From assembly GCA_943327105.2 (NCBI GenBank), contig CALPVV020000003.1, positions 1 through 56,570 on the forward strand: a stretch of DNA of 56,570 bases, written 5' to 3'. Source of the stretch: Nitrosovibrio sp. Nv4 (GTDB taxonomy: Bacteria > Bdellovibrionota > UBA1018 > CAIMNF01). Below are positions 56,283 to 56,570 of the stretch, piece by piece; position 1 is the first letter of the stretch, and every line of letters starts with the position of its first letter. Below the pieces are notes generated by a model. It was not told the origin of the DNA and ran no database searches. It saw only the letters and a list, made by a program, of their open reading frames with translations. Position numbers and translations under genes: made by a program.

Positions 56283-56570
56283 CGAATCGTTTGTTGATCC
56301 TTTTTGCTCTCTTGGCGTTTGCTTCCGTTCCGGTGGCGATCGGTATTGCCGAAACAAAAGAGACGCCGAAAGAAGAAGTGAAAAAAGAAGAGGCCGGGAA
56401 ACCGGAAGAGCATGCCAAGAGTGAAGGGCATGCAGTAAAGAAAAAACCGGCATCATACGGTTGTTTGGCTTCTGAAGAAGTCATTCAGGACATTGAAGAA
56501 CGCGAAAAAAAGATCAAGGAGAAGGAAGAGGCTCTAGTTGAAAAACAAAAAGATCTTGATGCTCAGCTTA
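56279..56570 (+). CDS. MotE/YlxF-like flagellar protein (partial)
   Basis: ATGA overlap with fliJ, GAGGAGG RBS, signal/TM then coiled coil; open to the window end; name rests on position. Confidence 0.65.
   Translation, partial: MTNRLLILFALLAFASVPVAIGIAETKETPKEEVKKEEAGKPEEHAKSEGHAVKKKPASYGCLASEEVIQDIEEREKKIKEKEEALVEKQKDLDAQL

Overview
Gene-dense bacterial chromosome segment. The gene repertoire suggests Bdellovibrionota/Oligoflexia (inference): many secreted orphan proteins, TPR-wHTH regulator, DUF222-type HNH gene, protein glutaminase and a deltaproteobacterial-style flagellar cluster. The left ~21 kb is accessory-rich: AT-rich secreted-protein genes around a type-2 ileS, an HNH gene, an LpxR-like barrel, hydrolases, a GT-C glycosyltransferase and a Thr-repeat protein. 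The middle holds housekeeping and envelope genes (ftsK, CCA enzyme, bdhA, OPT, rqcH, aminopeptidase P, rlmI-like, LysM/CpoB, a minimal convergent Tad locus, metK, mlaEFD). The right end is the operon TPR protein-regulator-flgBC-fliEFGHIJ-motE-like. No rRNA, complete tRNA, CRISPR array or transposase was seen. Best candidate for an undescribed system: two NtrC-family flagellar regulators (FleQ-like and FlbD-like HTH) that both lack the sigma54-contacting loops (GAFTGA L1 and L2) and the canonical Walker B. Three GRC-N7-GYC (ftr-like) palindromes lie at sigma70-type promoters of these units, while the Tad locus keeps sigma54 promoters. Other leads: an unannotated 41-aa basic ribosomal-protein-like ORF before metK, an 18-bp palindrome family shared by the HNH gene and the ileS upstream region, a TxT-repeat protein beside a GT-C enzyme, and recurrent leaderless promoters. 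All family calls come from motif reading by eye; no searches were run.
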